Shown: one piece after another, positions 17,267 to 18,986 of the stretch | How positions within the stretch are numbered: the stretch's first letter is position 1 | Layout of the letters: each line of letters starts with the position of its first letter | Source of the DNA: Thermodesulfobacteriota bacterium | GTDB taxonomy: Bacteria > Desulfobacterota_D > UBA1144 > Nemesobacterales > N074bin48 | Assembly (NCBI GenBank): GCA_041572575.1 | Contig: JBFFSH010000049.1 | Coordinates: 1-18,986 of the forward strand | DNA: 18,986 nt | Direction: 5' to 3' | Made by a program: the position numbers and the translations under genes | The notes under the pieces: generated by a model | Told to the model about the DNA's origin: nothing | Databases searched by the model: none | The model's input: only the letters and a program-made list of their open reading frames with translations

Positions 17267-18628
17267 TTAGAAATAGGCCTGAAGTTGTAATCTGAAACGA
17301 TTTGTATCCTCTTCAGTACCGTCTACGCCTTCTTCCTGTATAAATGAGTAGTCAGCAACCACTTTCCATCTGTGACTCTGTCCCAAGAAATAACTTACAG
17401 CAGGGGTTATTTCCCAGATTGAGTCGGTGTCGCCAAGATCATCATCAAGGTCAACATAGGCATATCTTGCTGCAACCTCTAATACCTTTGGAATTAGAAA
17501 TACACCGGCCTGTACTCTGAAACCCTGGTCATATACTGAACCCTGGCTGGTACCTGATGGATCATAATCAGCGCCTATATATGAAGCTTCAATATTTCCT
17601 CTTGGATGCATCAATGAAACGTCAAATGCCCAGGATAGCATCTGCATATCGGTAGCACCGATTGCTGCAAAATCACCACCTCTGGATCTGAAGTTTCTGC
17701 TGTCTGTTTCATCAGCAAGTGCTGTGTTTCCTTCTCCAACTATATCTGAATCAAGTCCCATAATAGCTGCACCTAACTGAATTGTGGTTTGCTTAACGAA
17801 GTTTTGCTGATGTTTAACTCCTGTGCCAAGCGGGTTAAACATTACCCTACCTGCCCAGAGAATATTTGAATCAGCTGCGTTTTCATCACCTTCGTCAGAG
17901 TTTCTTCCTTCACCCTGGAACACACCAACATGATACCAAAAATATCCGCCGTGTTTACCATGAATACTAATACCGGTATCACGCTGTGGACTAAACTGTC
18001 TGTCGAGGATTGATCTGTTGACTGTTTGCTGTGCAAACGCTGAGACTAACTGTTCCTTGTTAAATGGAACCTTGTACTGTCCAACCCTTGGAACAAATAG
18101 AGGATTGTAAGCAAAATCAAATATTAGGTCTCTTAAATTGATACTGTCTTCTCTTATATCAAGCTGTACCTTATATTTAAACCATGGTGCAAATGCATTA
18201 CCATCCCAGATCAACCTTAGTCTCTGAATGTCAAATTCTGTGACTGTATCTCCACCATCTTCATCTTCAACCTGCATTAAGAACTGACCCACTGTTCTGA
18301 ATCTGGTCTTAAAATTACCATCTGCAGATTCCATGAAGAATCCTTTCTTATACCCGGCTCTTATACCCTTCCACCAGGCATCCTCGTCCTCTGATTCTTT
18401 CTTGGCAATGAACTCCTCTACCTTGAGATCGCTGGAAGCTCTTTTTGTTTCCATTGACTCAATTTTTTGCTGAAGCATTTCAATCTGCTTCTGATTCTGT
18501 CTTTGAATCTCCAGAATCTGCTTTTTTAGCTGTTCTACTTCACTGTTTGTTTCTGCTGCAGCATTTGAAACAAATAGTAAAGGAGCCAATAGTAATGATA
18601 AAACAAAAAATCTAATCTTACTTGGCAT
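17267..18628 (-). CDS. outer-membrane porin, OprO/OprP (phosphate-selective porin)-like
   Basis: Signal peptide ending SNAAA, N-terminal coiled coil, GYKKGFFMESADGNFK, QRLRLIWDGNAF, VGQYKVPF, EVAARY and the beta-barrel C-terminal signal LQLQAYF. Start placed at the second ATG (18628), 7 nt after GGAGG. Confidence 0.85.
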   Translation of the reverse strand: MPSKIRFFVLSLLLAPLLFVSNAAAETNSEVEQLKKQILEIQRQNQKQIEMLQQKIESMETKRASSDLKVEEFIAKKESEDEDAWWKGIRAGYKKGFFMESADGNFKTRFRTVGQFLMQVEDEDGGDTVTEFDIQRLRLIWDGNAFAPWFKYKVQLDIREDSINLRDLIFDFAYNPLFVPRVGQYKVPFNKEQLVSAFAQQTVNRSILDRQFSPQRDTGISIHGKHGGYFWYHVGVFQGEGRNSDEGDENAADSNILWAGRVMFNPLGTGVKHQQNFVKQTTIQLGAAIMGLDSDIVGEGNTALADETDSRNFRSRGGDFAAIGATDMQMLSWAFDVSLMHPRGNIEASYIGADYDPSGTSQGSVYDQGFRVQAGVFLIPKVLEVAARYAYVDLDDDLGDTDSIWEITPAVSYFLGQSHRWKVVADYSFIQEEGVDGTEEDTNRFRLQLQAYF

Positions 18629-18696
18629 CTCCATACCTCCTATAAATATAGTAATATATGTTTATTCTTAACACAGAATGAACATATATGAAAGTG

Positions 18697-18712
18697 TGCA
18701 ATTTCTGTGCCA
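18697..18712 (-). promoter_or_regulatory. sigma54 promoter for the porin
   Basis: Minus strand TGGCACAGAAATTGCA, near-perfect consensus. Confidence 0.88.
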
Positions 18713-18764
18713 TTTTACAGCGAATACCTCATGATTTACTTAATATATGCATAAAACTGCCGTT

Positions 18765-18780
18765 TGGTATAAATCTTGCA
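18765..18780 (+). promoter_or_regulatory. divergent sigma54 promoter facing the IS element
   Basis: TGGTATAAATCTTGCA, GG-N10-GC. Confidence 0.65.
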
Positions 18781-18846
18781 ACATTAAATTAGCAGATTGA
18801 ATTACCCGCAATTTATTAGGAAAATGCATAACAAAAATATTCAATT

Positions 18847-18986
18847 TGACCTTCACCCCGTAAACTGAACCAGTCAAAAGTAGAGAAATCTGGCAAAATA
18901 ACGTAATAAATCAGGAGGTATTTTGCCATGAGGAAGTCAAGATTTACAGAACAACAGATAGCTTTTGCTTTAAAGCAGGCGGAGAC
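18847..18986 (+). mobile_element. left end of an IS3-family (IS407-group-like) insertion sequence; partial
   Basis: Begins TGACCTTCACCCCG (IS3 elements start 5'-TG), followed by an AGGAGG RBS and an OrfA N-terminus. The exact boundary is inferred. Confidence 0.8.
18928..18986 (+). CDS. IS3-family transposase OrfA, N-terminus; partial
   Basis: MRKSRFTEQQIAFALKQAE, the typical IS407-group OrfA start. Confidence 0.88.
   Translation, partial: MRKSRFTEQQIAFALKQAE

Noticed and set aside
582..18036. Short overlapping ORFs (582-794, 1977-2180, 6417-6656, 7772-7963, 8672-8926, 10243-10470, 10471-10782, 12286-12474, 12453-12683, 12467-12655, 14957-15244, 16559-16891, 16726-16929, 17842-18036)
   Set aside because: Antisense or off-frame shadows of well-supported genes, with no recognisable motifs.
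18818..18846. Start of a host gene (ATG 18824, MHNKNIQ) cut by the IS
   Set aside because: AGGA is only 2 nt from the ATG, and seven codons cannot be evaluated.

Overview
AT-rich window from a diderm bacterium (it encodes an outer-membrane porin), with two contrasting halves. Left (1-7.9 kb) is intact housekeeping: the 3' end of a sigma70-family factor, cysC, a SUF Fe-S operon (Rrf2 regulator-sufB-sufC-sufD-U-type protein-Rieske ferredoxin-sufS) and a convergent sucrase/ferredoxin-like gene. Right (8.1-19 kb) is a dense signalling island: a stand-alone GAF protein, a NarL-type regulator, a stand-alone receiver, an NtrC-type sigma54 activator, a REC-PAS-PAS histidine kinase, three 120-aa PilH-like receivers, a 58-aa small protein, a membrane-anchored Cache/PDC protein, an OprO/P-type porin, and the left end of an IS3-family element at the edge. 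Four patterns are not visible in the ORF track. (1) Seven correctly spaced sigma54 -24/-12 promoters lie within about 9 kb, and a candidate enhancer motif is shared by at least two of them. (2) A second, GTAC-based operator sits in front of the two PilH-like genes that lack a sigma54 promoter. (3) The GAF, NtrC, kinase and Cache genes each carry exactly one lesion (TAG, +1 frameshift, TAA, frameshift), while the receivers and housekeeping genes are intact. (4) The 58-aa ORF is a complete sigma54 transcription unit and may resemble half a receiver domain. No CRISPR array, rRNA or tRNA was seen.
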